A DNA stretch of 64,000 bases, from NCBI GenBank assembly GCA_016703005.1, contig JADJCX010000018.1, positions 3,794 through 67,793 on the forward strand, in the 5' to 3' direction. A program made the translations under genes and the position numbers. Of this stretch, positions 18,340 through 29,655 are shown piece by piece. The notes below the pieces were generated by a model, which did not search any database, was not told the DNA's origin, and worked only from the letters and a program-made list of their open reading frames with translations. How positions within the stretch are numbered: position 1 is the first letter of the stretch; every line of letters begins with the position of its first letter. This DNA comes from Flavobacteriales bacterium. GTDB lineage: Bacteria > Bacteroidota > Bacteroidia > Flavobacteriales_F > PHOS-HE28.

Positions 18340-19350
18340 CTACAGGATGTTCACCTCGCGTTCCAGTTCCACACCGAAGCGCTCCTGGATGTCCGCGAGA
18401 ATGTGCGTGCTCAGTTCAAAGATGTCTTTGCCAGCAGCTCCACCATGGTTCACGAGCACCAAGGCCTGCGCGGCATGCACGCCGAATGCCCCTTCGCGGT
18501 AGCCCTTCCAGCCGGCCTTCTCGATCAACCACCCTGCGGCCAATTTCACCAAACCATCGCCGGTCGGGTAACCAGGCATGTCGGCATATTCAGCTCTGAT
18601 ACGCTGCGCGACTTCCGCAGACACCACGGGGTTCTTGAAGAAGCTCCCCGCGTTGCCGATCACCGCCGGATCCGGCAGTTTGCTTTGGCGTATGGCGATC
18701 ACGGCTTCGCTTACATCCACGAGGCTAGGAGTGCTGACACCGCGCCTTTCCAGTTCCTGCTTGATGTTGCCATAGCTGGTGTTCAGGACCGGATGCTTGC
18801 TCAATCGCAGGGTGACGTTCAGTATCACGAACCGGTCCTTCCCTGCGCGCTTGAAGAAGCTTTCCCGATATCCGAACGCACAGGCGACCTTGTCGAAGTG
18901 TACGACCTCTCCGTCGTCTACGCGCAGTGCCTCCAGTTCATGGAAAACGTCCTTCAGTTCAACCCCGTATGCCCCTATGTTCTGCATGGGTGCTGCGCCC
19001 ACTTTTCCCGGGATCAGCGACATGTTCTCGACGCCGCCCCATCCGCGCTGCACGAAATAGAGCACCAGGTCGTGCCACACGATACCTGCTCCAGCTTTCA
19101 CCCAAACATGATCGGCGTCTTCGCGCACCAGTTCGATCCCGGATATCCCGTTCATCAGCACAACGCCATGGAAGTCCTGCGTCAGCAGAATATTGCTGCC
19201 GCCACCGAGGATCAAACGCTGGAGTCCATCAGTGGCCTTTAGCATCTCGCGCAGCGTCGATACATCCCCGAAACGGCCCAACGCATCGGCCCTGGCGTGA
19301 ATGCCGAAGGTGTTGAAGGGCTTGAGATCGATATCCCTTTCGAGGTGCAT
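18340..19350 (-). CDS. murB: UDP-N-acetylenolpyruvoylglucosamine reductase
   Basis: 336 aa. FAD-binding N-terminus LILGGGSNILL. MurB C-terminal domain GNAGSFFKNP ... AGWLIE. Confidence 0.85.
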   Translation of the reverse strand: MHLERDIDLKPFNTFGIHARADALGRFGDVSTLREMLKATDGLQRLILGGGSNILLTQDFHGVVLMNGISGIELVREDADHVWVKAGAGIVWHDLVLYFVQRGWGGVENMSLIPGKVGAAPMQNIGAYGVELKDVFHELEALRVDDGEVVHFDKVACAFGYRESFFKRAGKDRFVILNVTLRLSKHPVLNTSYGNIKQELERRGVSTPSLVDVSEAVIAIRQSKLPDPAVIGNAGSFFKNPVVSAEVAQRIRAEYADMPGYPTGDGLVKLAAGWLIEKAGWKGYREGAFGVHAAQALVLVNHGGAAGKDIFELSTHILADIQERFGVELEREVNIL

Positions 19351-19413
19351 GCGTTCTGTGCGGATTTACCGGGAGTGCAAGGTTACCGATGCCGCCGCGT
19401 TTACTTTGACCGC

Positions 19414-20559
19414 ATGCCTGCCGCGCATCAACGTGCCATTGTGAGTGTGACCAACGATCTGGCCACCGACAATCGTGTGCACCGCACGTGCACGGTGCTT
19501 CAGGAGCTCGGCTACGAAGTGCTGCTGCTGGGCCGCATGTTGCCGGGCAGCCCTGCGCTCGATCGCCCGTATGGCACAAGGCGCATGCGCTTGCTCTTCA
19601 ACAAGGGGCCACTTTTCTATGCCGAGTACAACCTGCGGCTATTCTTCTTCCTCCTCTTCTCGCGCGGTGATCTGTTGATCGCGAACGACCTTGACACGTT
19701 GTTGGCCAACAGACTGGCAGCATGGCTGCGCGGAAAGGTGCTTGTCTATGACACGCACGAGTTCTACACCGAGGTCCCTGAACTGGTTGGGCGACCCCTT
19801 GTTCGCAAGGCATGGTTGGCGATCGAGCGTTGGATCTTCCCCAAGCTCCGGAATGTGATCACCGTGAACCGGAGCATTGCGGAGGCTTATCGCGATCGGT
19901 ATGGTGTTGAAGTGAGGGTCATTCGCAACATTCCCATGAAAAGGGAGCTTGGTCCGAAGCCTTCGCGAAGCGCATTGGGACTTCCGAACGACAGGTTCAT
20001 CCTCATCCTGCAGGGCGCCGGCATCAATGTTCAACGTGGTGCGGAGGAAGCTGTCCTTGCCATGAAGGAACTGCCGGAGTGTTTGCTCCTGATCATCGGG
20101 AGCGGCGATGCGTGGTCAACGATCGAGCGTATGGTAATGGAACATGGACTTGATGATCGGGTGCGCATGTTCGATCGCATGCCGTATGGGCGCATGATGG
20201 ACTACACGCGGAACGCTGATCTGGGCTTGACGCTCGACAAGGACACCAACCTCAACTATCGCTTCAGCCTGCCCAACAAATTGTTCGATTACTTGAACGC
20301 TGGTATACCCGTACTAGCCACCGACTTGCCCGAAGTCGCGGGTATCGTGCGTCAGTATGATGCCGGGGTCGTGCTGCCGACCGCTGATCCCGGTGTCATC
20401 ACCGCTGCCGTTCGCGCTTTGATCGCCGATGGCGAACGCCTGAAGGCACTTGCACGGAACGCTACTTTCGCCGCCGCTTCGTTGGATGGCGGGGCCGAGA
20501 AGGAAAAGTTGAAAGAGTTGCTGGAAGGCTTTGGCCGGAACACACATACATATCGTTAG
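19414..20559 (+). CDS. glycosyltransferase family 4
   Basis: GT-B fold with an EX7E-like region (FDRMPYGRMMDY ... PNKLFDYLNAGIPVLATD). The start at 19414 avoids the murB overlap. Confidence 0.7.
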   Translation: MPAAHQRAIVSVTNDLATDNRVHRTCTVLQELGYEVLLLGRMLPGSPALDRPYGTRRMRLLFNKGPLFYAEYNLRLFFFLLFSRGDLLIANDLDTLLANRLAAWLRGKVLVYDTHEFYTEVPELVGRPLVRKAWLAIERWIFPKLRNVITVNRSIAEAYRDRYGVEVRVIRNIPMKRELGPKPSRSALGLPNDRFILILQGAGINVQRGAEEAVLAMKELPECLLLIIGSGDAWSTIERMVMEHGLDDRVRMFDRMPYGRMMDYTRNADLGLTLDKDTNLNYRFSLPNKLFDYLNAGIPVLATDLPEVAGIVRQYDAGVVLPTADPGVITAAVRALIADGERLKALARNATFAAASLDGGAEKEKLKELLEGFGRNTHTYR

Positions 20560-21673
20560 CCTCGACGTGCCATGGCCGCCTGATTATGGCGGTGTGATCG
20601 ATGTGTTCCACAAAGTGAAGGCACTGCACGGCATTGGTGTTCATGTGCATTTGCACTGCTTCGAGTATGGTCGTGGAAAACAGAAGGAATTGGACCGGTA
20701 CTGTACCAGTGTGCAGTACTACAAGCGGCAAATGGGCAAGTTGCAGTTGCTCAGCAGCTTGCCGTATGTGGTGGTGAGCCGCCGTAGCGATGAACTGGTT
20801 GACAGGTTGCTGAAGGATGACCACCCGATCCTGTTCGAGGGGCTGCACAGTTGTTACCACCTGGGCGATCCGCGCTTGCACGGCCGCAAGCGCTTGGTGC
20901 GTGCGCACAACGTGGAGCACGACTATTACAGCGCTCTCGCGAAAGTCGAATCAAGCCCCTTCAAGCGCAGTTACTTCAACAGCGAAGCCGCGAAACTGAA
21001 GCGCTATGAGCCGGTGCTGAGCGAGGCCGATGCCGTGCTCGCCATTTCACCGAAGGATGCCGCATACTTCAACCAGCACTTCCGTAACGTGGTGCATGTG
21101 CCTGCGTTCCACGCCTGCGAAAAGGTCGATGTGCCCGATGGTCTTGGTGATTTTGCCTTGTACCATGGAGCGCTCGGAGTAGCAGATAACAACAAGGCAG
21201 CGCTTTGGTTGTTGCGTGAGGTGTTCAACGGGCTCAATGTGAAGCTGGTGATCGCCGGTAGTGATGCCAGCAGCGAGTTGAAGGCGGAAGTGGCGAAGCA
21301 CCCGAATGCCGAATTGCTGGAGGGTATTTCCACGGAGCGTATCCATGAATTGGTGCGTACCGCTCAGGTCCATGTGTTACCGACGTTCCAAGCCACGGGC
21401 ATCAAATTGAAACTGCTGCTCTGCTTGTTCATGGGTCGTCACGTGGTCTGCAACTCACCCATGGTGGAAGGCACGGGATTGGAAGATCTCTGTCACATCC
21501 ACGATGACCCCGCGTCCATGCGCCTGAGCATTCAAGGCTGCATGGCCCGACCCGCGAACGGTAGCACGTTGGAAAAACGCGCGGTGATCCTCGAAGAGCG
21601 ATTCAGCAACGAGCGGAACGCCCAACGTATCGTAGACCTGCTCCAACCTCAACGAACAGAGCGGGAGGGCTGA
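20531..21673 (+). CDS. glycosyltransferase (GT4-like)
   Basis: 380 aa. N-terminus HIVSLDVPWPPDYGGVIDVFHKVKAL is typical of GT4-type enzymes. The exact start is uncertain. Confidence 0.6.
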   Translation: MAGTHIHIVSLDVPWPPDYGGVIDVFHKVKALHGIGVHVHLHCFEYGRGKQKELDRYCTSVQYYKRQMGKLQLLSSLPYVVVSRRSDELVDRLLKDDHPILFEGLHSCYHLGDPRLHGRKRLVRAHNVEHDYYSALAKVESSPFKRSYFNSEAAKLKRYEPVLSEADAVLAISPKDAAYFNQHFRNVVHVPAFHACEKVDVPDGLGDFALYHGALGVADNNKAALWLLREVFNGLNVKLVIAGSDASSELKAEVAKHPNAELLEGISTERIHELVRTAQVHVLPTFQATGIKLKLLLCLFMGRHVVCNSPMVEGTGLEDLCHIHDDPASMRLSIQGCMARPANGSTLEKRAVILEERFSNERNAQRIVDLLQPQRTEREG

Positions 21674-21676
21674 ACC

Positions 21677-22363
21677 TTACCCTGCGACGGCACTCAGTTC
21701 CAACAGCCGTCCTTCTTCGCACTTCACCACGCGACTTCCGAATTTCTTCATGTGGGTGTAGTCGTGCGTGGCCATCAGCACCGCACGCCCGCTGCGGCTG
21801 ATCTCGATCATCAGGTCAAGGATCTCTCCAGTGGTCTCGGGGTCCAGATTCCCTGTCGGTTCGTCGGCAAGGATGAGTTCAGGGTCGTTCACCAATGCAC
21901 GCGCAATGCTCACACGTTGTTGCTCGCCACCGCTCAACTCATGCGGCAACTTGTAACCCTTGTTGCCAAGGCCCACTTTGTCCAATACCTCTTGGATGCG
22001 CGCATCGATCTTCTTGCTTTCCGTCCAGCCTGTGGCCTTCATCACGAATTCCAAGTTGGCTTTCACGTTCCTGTCCGTGAGCAACTGGAAATCCTGGAAG
22101 ACGATGCCGATCTTCCGTCGGAGGTAGGGCACTTGTGTGCGTTTCAGTTTCCGTAGGTCGAACCCGCAGCTATGGCCTTCGCCTTCCGTCAAGGGGAGGT
22201 CGCCGTACAGTATGCGCATCAGCGTGCTCTTTCCTGTGCCCGTGCGGCCGATCAAGTAGATGAACTCGCCTTTGTAAATGGTGAGGTCCACATTGTTCAG
22301 TACAAGGTTCTCGCGTTGGAAAATGCGCGCACCGTGCAGTTCGATAATGGGTTCTGCAGCCAT
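21677..22363 (-). CDS. ftsE: cell-division ABC transporter ATP-binding protein FtsE
   Basis: Walker A GRTGTGKST. ABC signature LSGGEQQRVSIARAL. Walker B ILADEPTGNLD. 228 aa. Confidence 0.85.
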   Translation of the reverse strand: MAAEPIIELHGARIFQRENLVLNNVDLTIYKGEFIYLIGRTGTGKSTLMRILYGDLPLTEGEGHSCGFDLRKLKRTQVPYLRRKIGIVFQDFQLLTDRNVKANLEFVMKATGWTESKKIDARIQEVLDKVGLGNKGYKLPHELSGGEQQRVSIARALVNDPELILADEPTGNLDPETTGEILDLMIEISRSGRAVLMATHDYTHMKKFGSRVVKCEEGRLLELSAVAG

Positions 22364-22554
22364 GGGGTCAAGATTACGATGGCATCAATTCACCTTGACA
22401 TTTTGATGGACAAAGCTGCGAGCAGGCACACGTTGACAGGCACGGTCTTCGTTAGTGTACTGGCGTTCCTGTTCCCCGCGTCCACACATCGGCGTGCAAA
22501 AGTCAACCGCTTCACGGACAAGTCCCGCGTACGTGCGCGTTCACCTTTGAGACC

Positions 22555-25500
22555 TTGATCATGATCATGCAGCGATCCGTCCTTTCCGCAATCGGCCTGG
22601 TGTTGGCGGCTGTGTTGTGCGCCCAGCGTCCCGCGCACTTCGAACACCGTAATGCCGATCTGGTGCATGCGCTCGAACTGTTCGACAAAGCGAAGTACGG
22701 TGCTGCGCAGACCGAGCTCGAACGTGTTACTGCCCGCATCAGCGACCCACACGATGGCACACGCGTGGAAAGCGAGTTCTGGAGCGCGTTGTGCGCGGTG
22801 CGCCTCTTCCACAACGATGCGCCGTTGCGTATGCTCGGGTTCATCGAGGCGCACCCGGAAAGCCAGCACGTACCAGCTGTGCGGCTCGAATTGTTCAGGC
22901 ACTATTTCGCCCAGAAACGCTGGGAGGATTGCTTGGCTTGGGGTACGAAAGTGGAGCCGCTGGCCCTTGAGGTGAAGGACCAAGAGGAGTACTACTTCAA
23001 GCGGGGCTATGCCAACTTCATGGAGGACAAGCCCGATGCGGCCATGAACGATTTCACGCGTGTGAAGGACGGTAGCGCTGGTCTCCCCGGAAGTCCCGGC
23101 AATTATGTCTCGCCAGCCACCTACTACTCAGCGCACATCAACTACGAGCGCGGCCAATTCGAGACGGCTCTACTGGGCTTCGAGAAGTTGAAAGGGGATG
23201 AGGCTTTCGGCGATGTGGTGCCGCACTACATCAGCGAGATCCTCTTCCTGCAAGGCAAGTACGATCAATTGGATGCGTACGCGAAGCCGATCGTAGAGGA
23301 TCCGAAGGGCGAACGGCGCATTGGCGAAATGAACCGCTTGTTGGGCGAAAGCAACTACCGTCAAGGGAAGTATGCCGAGGCAATTCCCCACTTGGAGAAG
23401 AGCGTGCAACGCACGGGGGTAACGCGCGAGGATCGCTATGTGCTGGGACATGCCTATTACATGACCGGCAATTGCGAGAAGGCCATGGTGCAGCTGACGA
23501 CCGTGGCCAACGGTACCGATAGTCTGGCACAGGCGGCCGCCTACCACATGGGCGATTGCTACATGAAGCTGGACCAGAAGAACTACGCCAGAACGGCCTT
23601 CAAAAAAGCCTACGACCTGAAACAGGATCCGAAGGTGACCGAGGACGCGCTCTTCAACTACGCCAAGCTTGCCTACGAACTGAGCTTTGATCCATACAAC
23701 GAAGCGATCATCGCCCTGCGGAATTACCTCAAGGCCTATCCCGATTCACCGAAACGCGACGACGCCTACACTTTCCTGCTCAATGTCTACTTGAAGACCC
23801 GCAACTACGAGGCGGCGTTGGAAGCACTGGACAAGATCCAGCAGAAGGACATCGCCATGCAGGAGGCTTACCAGAAGTTGGCGTTCGATCGCGGCGTGGA
23901 ACTGTACGACGGTCGGAAGTTCAAGGACGCTGCGTTGTTCTTCGATCGCGCGCTGAAGTATCCGGTGAACAAGGACCTCAACGCGCAATGCCACTACTGG
24001 ACGGCCGAGTGCTTCTATGCCGAAGAAGACTACGCGGCCGCTTTGCGGAAGTACGATGTGCTGCGCAACGGTAGCGGGGCATACGCCACCGATCTGTACG
24101 AGCAAGCCGGCTATAGCCAAGGCTATTGCTACTTCAAGATGAAGGACTATGCCGATGCCGCGACCAGCTTCCGGCGTTTCGTTGGTACCAACGCTGGAAA
24201 CGCCGACCAACGCGCTGATGCCAAGCTGCGTATTGCGGACAGCTATTTCGTTACGAAGGATCCTGCCCAAGCGATCACGTGGTATGATGATGCCTTGCGG
24301 AGCGGTACCAAAGACCGCGACTATGCACTTTTCCAGAAGGGTCTCTGCCAAGGGTTGGCGGGCAACCACAATGGCAAGATCGAAACGCTGAAGAAGCTAT
24401 TAGCCGATAGCAAGAACTCGCGCTTTGCGCCCGATGCAAAGTACCAACTGGGTGAATCATACATCCGCTTGGACAATGACGCGCAGGCGCTCACCTATTA
24501 CCAACAGGTGATCAACGACCACAGCGAGTGTCCGTTCGTGCACAAGAGCATGCTGCAGAGTGCGCTGATCCGTAAGCGCGAAGGCAACAACGAGCAGGCC
24601 TTGGCCGACTTCAAGGCGATCGTTGCCAAGTACCCGACACGCGAAGCCAGCGCCGATGCGTTGGCCAGTATCGAAGCGATCTACGTGGAGACCGGGCGTG
24701 TAGGTGAGTGGGAGACGTACGTGGGAGGCCTGTCGTTCGTGGACCAAGGGTCGTTGAACTTGGATGAGAACTACTACCGCAGCGCGGAACTGTTGTACAA
24801 CAACGACAAATGCGCTGAGGCCATTGGTGCATTCGGTAGCTACTTGGCGAAGTACCCGAACGGCGGTTACGCGTTGAACGCCCACTTCTACAAAGGCGAT
24901 TGCGAATACCGCGCGGGCCAAAGCGAAGCCGCGCTCGAGGACCTTGAAGAAGTGGTGAAGGTCCCCGGCAACGCCTTCATGGAAAGTGCGCTCTTCGGAA
25001 CGAGCGATCTGCTCTTCCGCGATAAACGCTGGGAAGGCGCACTGGAGCGATTTGAGCAGTTGGAGAAAGTCGCTACCTCACCGGACAATACGTTGGCGGC
25101 ACAGGTGGGTCGCATGCGTTGCGAGCGGGAGTTGGGCCGACCGAAGGAAGCGGCCACTGCTGCACATGTCGTGGTGGCAAACACCCACAACAAGGACCTG
25201 CTGGTGAAGGCAGAGGCGAACCTGTTGATCGCCAATCACTCGTTGGACAACGACGACAAGGACGGTGCCTACGGACTGTACAAAACCATTGCAGCGGGCA
25301 AGCACGGCGCCTTGAGCGCTGAGGCCAAATACCGCATGGCGTACATCCGCCATTTGCAAGGCCGGTATAAGGATGCCGAGAAGGAGGTCTTCGCGATGGC
25401 GAACGACTTCAGTGGCCACCAGCACTGGATCAGCATGGGCTTCATACTGCTGGGTGATGTGTATGTGCAGCTCAACGACCGCTTCCAAGCCAAAGCTGCG

Positions 25501-25629
25501 TTGCAAGGTGTGATCGACAACAGTGAAGAACCCGAATTGGTGGCCGATGCGCAGGCACGCCTCAACATTCTGCTGAACGAGGAACAGCAACTAGCACCGC
25601 AGGAAGGTGGAGAAGGGGACGGTAACTGA
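22555..25629 (+). CDS. large TPR-repeat protein with signal peptide (SprE/PorW-like candidate)
   Basis: 1024 aa. Many TPR-like repeats (A-x3-Y-x-KLAYE ..., YYQQVINDH ...). Confidence 0.55.
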   Translation: MIMIMQRSVLSAIGLVLAAVLCAQRPAHFEHRNADLVHALELFDKAKYGAAQTELERVTARISDPHDGTRVESEFWSALCAVRLFHNDAPLRMLGFIEAHPESQHVPAVRLELFRHYFAQKRWEDCLAWGTKVEPLALEVKDQEEYYFKRGYANFMEDKPDAAMNDFTRVKDGSAGLPGSPGNYVSPATYYSAHINYERGQFETALLGFEKLKGDEAFGDVVPHYISEILFLQGKYDQLDAYAKPIVEDPKGERRIGEMNRLLGESNYRQGKYAEAIPHLEKSVQRTGVTREDRYVLGHAYYMTGNCEKAMVQLTTVANGTDSLAQAAAYHMGDCYMKLDQKNYARTAFKKAYDLKQDPKVTEDALFNYAKLAYELSFDPYNEAIIALRNYLKAYPDSPKRDDAYTFLLNVYLKTRNYEAALEALDKIQQKDIAMQEAYQKLAFDRGVELYDGRKFKDAALFFDRALKYPVNKDLNAQCHYWTAECFYAEEDYAAALRKYDVLRNGSGAYATDLYEQAGYSQGYCYFKMKDYADAATSFRRFVGTNAGNADQRADAKLRIADSYFVTKDPAQAITWYDDALRSGTKDRDYALFQKGLCQGLAGNHNGKIETLKKLLADSKNSRFAPDAKYQLGESYIRLDNDAQALTYYQQVINDHSECPFVHKSMLQSALIRKREGNNEQALADFKAIVAKYPTREASADALASIEAIYVETGRVGEWETYVGGLSFVDQGSLNLDENYYRSAELLYNNDKCAEAIGAFGSYLAKYPNGGYALNAHFYKGDCEYRAGQSEAALEDLEEVVKVPGNAFMESALFGTSDLLFRDKRWEGALERFEQLEKVATSPDNTLAAQVGRMRCERELGRPKEAATAAHVVVANTHNKDLLVKAEANLLIANHSLDNDDKDGAYGLYKTIAAGKHGALSAEAKYRMAYIRHLQGRYKDAEKEVFAMANDFSGHQHWISMGFILLGDVYVQLNDRFQAKAALQGVIDNSEEPELVADAQARLNILLNEEQQLAPQEGGEGDGN

Positions 25630-25648
25630 TCGCCACAACACGAGATCC

Positions 25649-27400
25649 ATGAACAAGCACATTCCGATCAGCGTTGCACTTTTCGCGCTGATCATAGCGA
25701 GTAAGGCGAAGGCGCAAACCGATACCACCTCCGGCATTGGTGGGAGCTATACGATCCAAGGGGAATACAACCCGACGATCGCTGATGCAAAAAAGTACGA
25801 TCTGCGTCCGCAGCTGATCGATACCATCCTCCCGATCGCACCTGTGGAGTACCACTTGATCACCGTGCAAGGGCACGTGCCTGCGCGCGTGGACAGCATT
25901 GCTGCGGTCAGTCTTAAGGTCACATCGATGCAACCGAAACTCTACAAAGGCTACACGAAAGCCGGATTCGGACTGTACTCAACACCGCTGTTCGAACTGT
26001 ACTACGACCAGACCCGCAGTCGGGAGAATGCGTGGGGCGTGCATTACAAACACCTCAGCAGCAACGGCGGTATCGATGATATGGGCGAGAGCCAATACAG
26101 CTTCAACGCCATGGATGGTCACTATACCCACTACCTGAAGAAGCATGAGGTAGGAGGATATATCGGCTTCGACCGCAGGCGCATCAGCTACTACGGTGGC
26201 ACCGACGAACTCGCTTTGGCCGCCTTCGACGCCAGCAATGTGCCCGAGGACAGGCTGAAGCAGATCTACAACGACCTCGGGTTCGGGGTGCGGGTGAAGA
26301 GCCTGTACAAGGACAGCGCGTTATTGGCCCATGACGTGCGGCTGGAGGTGCACCAGTACAACAACACCAGCGGCAGCAAAGAGACGAACGTGAAGTTGAC
26401 CACGGATCTGGAGATGGAGAACGGCAGCGAGACCTACGGCGGCCGCATCCTCATCGACAACAACACCTACCGCGCCAAGCTGGGCGAACTCGATTTCAAG
26501 CAAGGCGGTTTCCTGCTGGGCCTTCTTCCGCAGGTGAGCACGCGAAGCGACAATTACCTGGTGCAGGTGGGCGTGGGCATCTATCTGGATGCGGCCAGCA
26601 CCGATGTGGAGGTGCTCGATGAGCGTGCCTCCAAGACCTCGGTGCACTTCTTCCCAAGGGCCTACCTGAGCTACAGCTTGTTCGACGACATCCTGGTCCC
26701 CTATGTGGGGGTTGATGGCGCCCGTGAGCGGAACAGCCTGCGCAGCCTTACCCGCGAGAACCCGTGGCTCATGGGTTCGCCCGTGCTCAGCAACACCAGC
26801 AAGATGTACGACATCTACGGTGGTATTCGTGGAAGCGTCAGCAGCCGTCTCGGGTTCGATGTGCGGGTGAGCACCAGCAAGTGGAAAGACAAGATGTTGT
26901 TCCTGTCCCAGACCGATACGATTCTTGGTGATCGCTTCTTCGCTGTGTATGACGATGTCAGTATTCTGGATATCAGCGGCGAACTCATGTACAGCGCGGG
27001 CGAGAACGTCAAGTTGACCGGTCGCGTGGATGTGTTCACCAATGAGGCATTCGCCCAAGCTGAGGCCTGGTACCTGCCCAACTACCGTTTTGCGCTCGGG
27101 GGCGTGTACGATGTGCGCGACAAGCTGATCCTGAAGGCTGAAGTTGAAATGTTGGGCGCCCGCTATGCCGGGAGCATACCCGGCAATGAGCCGGTCTTCG
27201 ATACGGGCACTTCGTTGGCCTTGGAAACCAAGGAACTGGATAGCTACTTCGACCTGTATCTGGGGGTTGAGTACCGCTACACCAAGCGGTTCAGCGTATG
27301 GCTGGACATGAGCAACCTCAGCGCCAGCAAGTACGAGCGCTGGTTGAACCAACCCGTGCAGCGCACCTTGGTCATGGCGGGTCTCACATTGTCGTTCTAA
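25649..27400 (+). CDS. outer-membrane beta-barrel protein (uncharacterized)
   Basis: Signal peptide MNKHIPISVALFALIIASKAKAQ. Alternating amphipathic beta-strand pattern. C-terminal LTLSF with terminal aromatic residue. Confidence 0.5.
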   Translation: MNKHIPISVALFALIIASKAKAQTDTTSGIGGSYTIQGEYNPTIADAKKYDLRPQLIDTILPIAPVEYHLITVQGHVPARVDSIAAVSLKVTSMQPKLYKGYTKAGFGLYSTPLFELYYDQTRSRENAWGVHYKHLSSNGGIDDMGESQYSFNAMDGHYTHYLKKHEVGGYIGFDRRRISYYGGTDELALAAFDASNVPEDRLKQIYNDLGFGVRVKSLYKDSALLAHDVRLEVHQYNNTSGSKETNVKLTTDLEMENGSETYGGRILIDNNTYRAKLGELDFKQGGFLLGLLPQVSTRSDNYLVQVGVGIYLDAASTDVEVLDERASKTSVHFFPRAYLSYSLFDDILVPYVGVDGARERNSLRSLTRENPWLMGSPVLSNTSKMYDIYGGIRGSVSSRLGFDVRVSTSKWKDKMLFLSQTDTILGDRFFAVYDDVSILDISGELMYSAGENVKLTGRVDVFTNEAFAQAEAWYLPNYRFALGGVYDVRDKLILKAEVEMLGARYAGSIPGNEPVFDTGTSLALETKELDSYFDLYLGVEYRYTKRFSVWLDMSNLSASKYERWLNQPVQRTLVMAGLTLSF

Positions 27401-27563
27401 GGCAGGGGTCACCTTTTTGAGGGCGCCCCATCAACCGGGCAACGAGGGGCGTTCACACTGCATCTTGGTGCCGTGACGAACCGCGCTGAAGCACGAAAGC
27501 CTATTTAGCTACATTCGCCACCACCGAAAACGACCCTGAGCAGCGGGCAAACACGAACTACAC

Positions 27564-29583
27564 ATGAGCACGAGGAAGATCCTGGCCTTCTTGTCCGTAA
27601 CCCCTCTATTCGCGGGTTCCGCCGTGGCACAAAGCAAGCTGGCCAAAGAGGCGGACGATGCCTTCAGGGAAGGCTACTACTACAACGCGACCGAGTTGTA
27701 CAAGAAAGCCTTCGTTACGGAGAGCAAGATGGCCGTGAAGAGCGAGCCTGATCTTCAAAGTCGGCGAGTGTTACCGCATGCTCGGTGACGCCCAGCAGGC
27801 CGAAGTGTGGTACGAAAAGGCCAACAAGGCGCAGTACCCCGACCCTATCACCTACTACTACATCGGCGAAGCGCTGAAGGAGCAAGGCAAATACTCCGAG
27901 GCCATCGTGAGCTACAACAAGTTCAAGGAGAAGAAGCCCGGCGATATGAAGGCCGATGCCGGTATTGCCGCCTGCACCCAAGCCCAGAAGTGGAAGGATG
28001 ATCCCAGCCGCTACAGCGTTGACCCGGAAGTGTTGCTGAACACCCAGCAGTGGGATTGGGCAACCGGCTACGCCGACAAGAAGAACGAGGACTTGGTCTT
28101 CTCCAGCAGCCGTCCAGCCGCTACGGGTACGGAAACGGAGCAGCACATTGGCGAGAGCTTCAACGACCTTTTCTTCAGTAGCCGCGACAAACTGGGCAAG
28201 TGGAGCGAGCCGGTGAAACTGCCGATCCAGGTGAACACCCCAGCGCACGAAGCAGCTCCCGTTTTCAATGCCAAGCGCACGGTGATGTACTTCACCCGTT
28301 GCGAAATGGACAAGAAGAAGCAGTTCGGTTGCGATATCTGGATGAGCAAGAAGGTGGGCAGCAACTACAGCGAGCCCGAGAAGCTGGTGTTGGCACCTGA
28401 GCGCGCGAAGGAGGATTCAGTGAGCATCACTGTAGGCCACCCTGCCTTGAGCGCCGATGACCTGACGTTGGTGTTCGCCAGCAACATGGCCGGCAACCAC
28501 CGCAACAAGGACCTCTACCAAGTAAAGTTGGACAAGGACGGCAAGCCGACGGGCAAGGTCACGAGTTTGGGTTCGGCGATCAACACCCCGAAGGATGAGG
28601 TATTCCCCTTCCTGCGTCAGGACGGTACCCTGTACTTCAGCACCGATGGCCGTCCTGGCATGGGTGGAATGGACATTTTCCGCGCTGCCAAAACCGGCGA
28701 GAGCTGGTCCGAGCCGGAGAACATGAAGTTCCCGATCAACAGCAGCATGGACGATGTTGCCATCTGCTTCGAGGGCACGGAAGAGCGTGGGTTCTTCACC
28801 AGCAACCGACCAGGAGGTAAAGGCCAAATGGACATCTGGCGTTTCTACATGCCGAACTTGGAGTTCGCTTTGCAAGGCACGGTGTACAACAAGTCCACCA
28901 ACTCGCCGATGCCCGGCGTAACGATCACCGTGGCCGGTACGGACGGAAGCAACTACACCGCCCTCACGGATGAGAACGGTGGATTCAAGTTCGCCGAGAA
29001 CGGCAAAGACCGGTTCATCAAGGAGAACACCACCTACAGCATCCAAGCCAGCATGGACAAGTTCCTTGTGGTGAAGGACCAGATCACCACGGTGGGCCTC
29101 AATGAGAGCACAACCTTCGTGAAGGAGTACTTCCTGCAGCCCACGGGCGAAGGCACCATCCGCTTGCCTGAGGTCCAGTATGCGATCGACTCGTACGAGA
29201 TCCTCGACGCTGGCAAGGATTCACTGGAATTCCTGTACAACGTGCTGGTGGACAACCCAACGATCACCATCGAACTGCAGGCGCATACCGATTCGCGCAA
29301 GACCCGCAAGTACAAAGGCGGAAACCAAGAGTTGTCACAGCTTCGTGCTCAGAGCTGCGTGAACTATCTCGTTACCCGTGGCATCGACCCAGTGCGCATG
29401 ACACCGAAGGGTTATGGTCCAAGCGTGCCACGTATCACCGACGCCGAGTACGCCAAGATGGCCACCAAGGAAGAGAAGGAAGCAGCACACCAGAAGAACC
29501 GTCGTACGGAGATGAAGGTGCTGACCTATGACTACGTGCCGAAGGAAAGCCAAGTGCCACAGACCCCGGTACCACAGAACTAG
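27564..29583 (+). CDS. OmpA-family protein with N-terminal TPR, TolB-like PD40 repeats and C-terminal OmpA domain; one frameshift near 27742
   Basis: A 74-aa ORF plus a 601-aa ORF are collinear (... KKAFVTESK / ASLIFKVGECYRMLG). C-terminus TIELQAHTDSRKT ... LSQLRAQSCVNYLVTRGI is an OmpA-like domain. PD40-like repeats in the middle. Confidence 0.7.
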
Positions 29584-29601
29584 CTTGAACACCTTGAAGA
29601 A

Positions 29602-29635
29602 GCACCTCGACTTGTCGGGGTGCTTTTTCTTTTTA
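29602..29635 (+). terminator. rho-independent terminator after OmpA-family gene
   Basis: gcacctcgac-tt-gtcggggtgc stem (one mismatch) followed by tttttcttttt. Confidence 0.6.
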
Positions 29636-29655
29636 CGCGCTACTGCAACGGGAGG

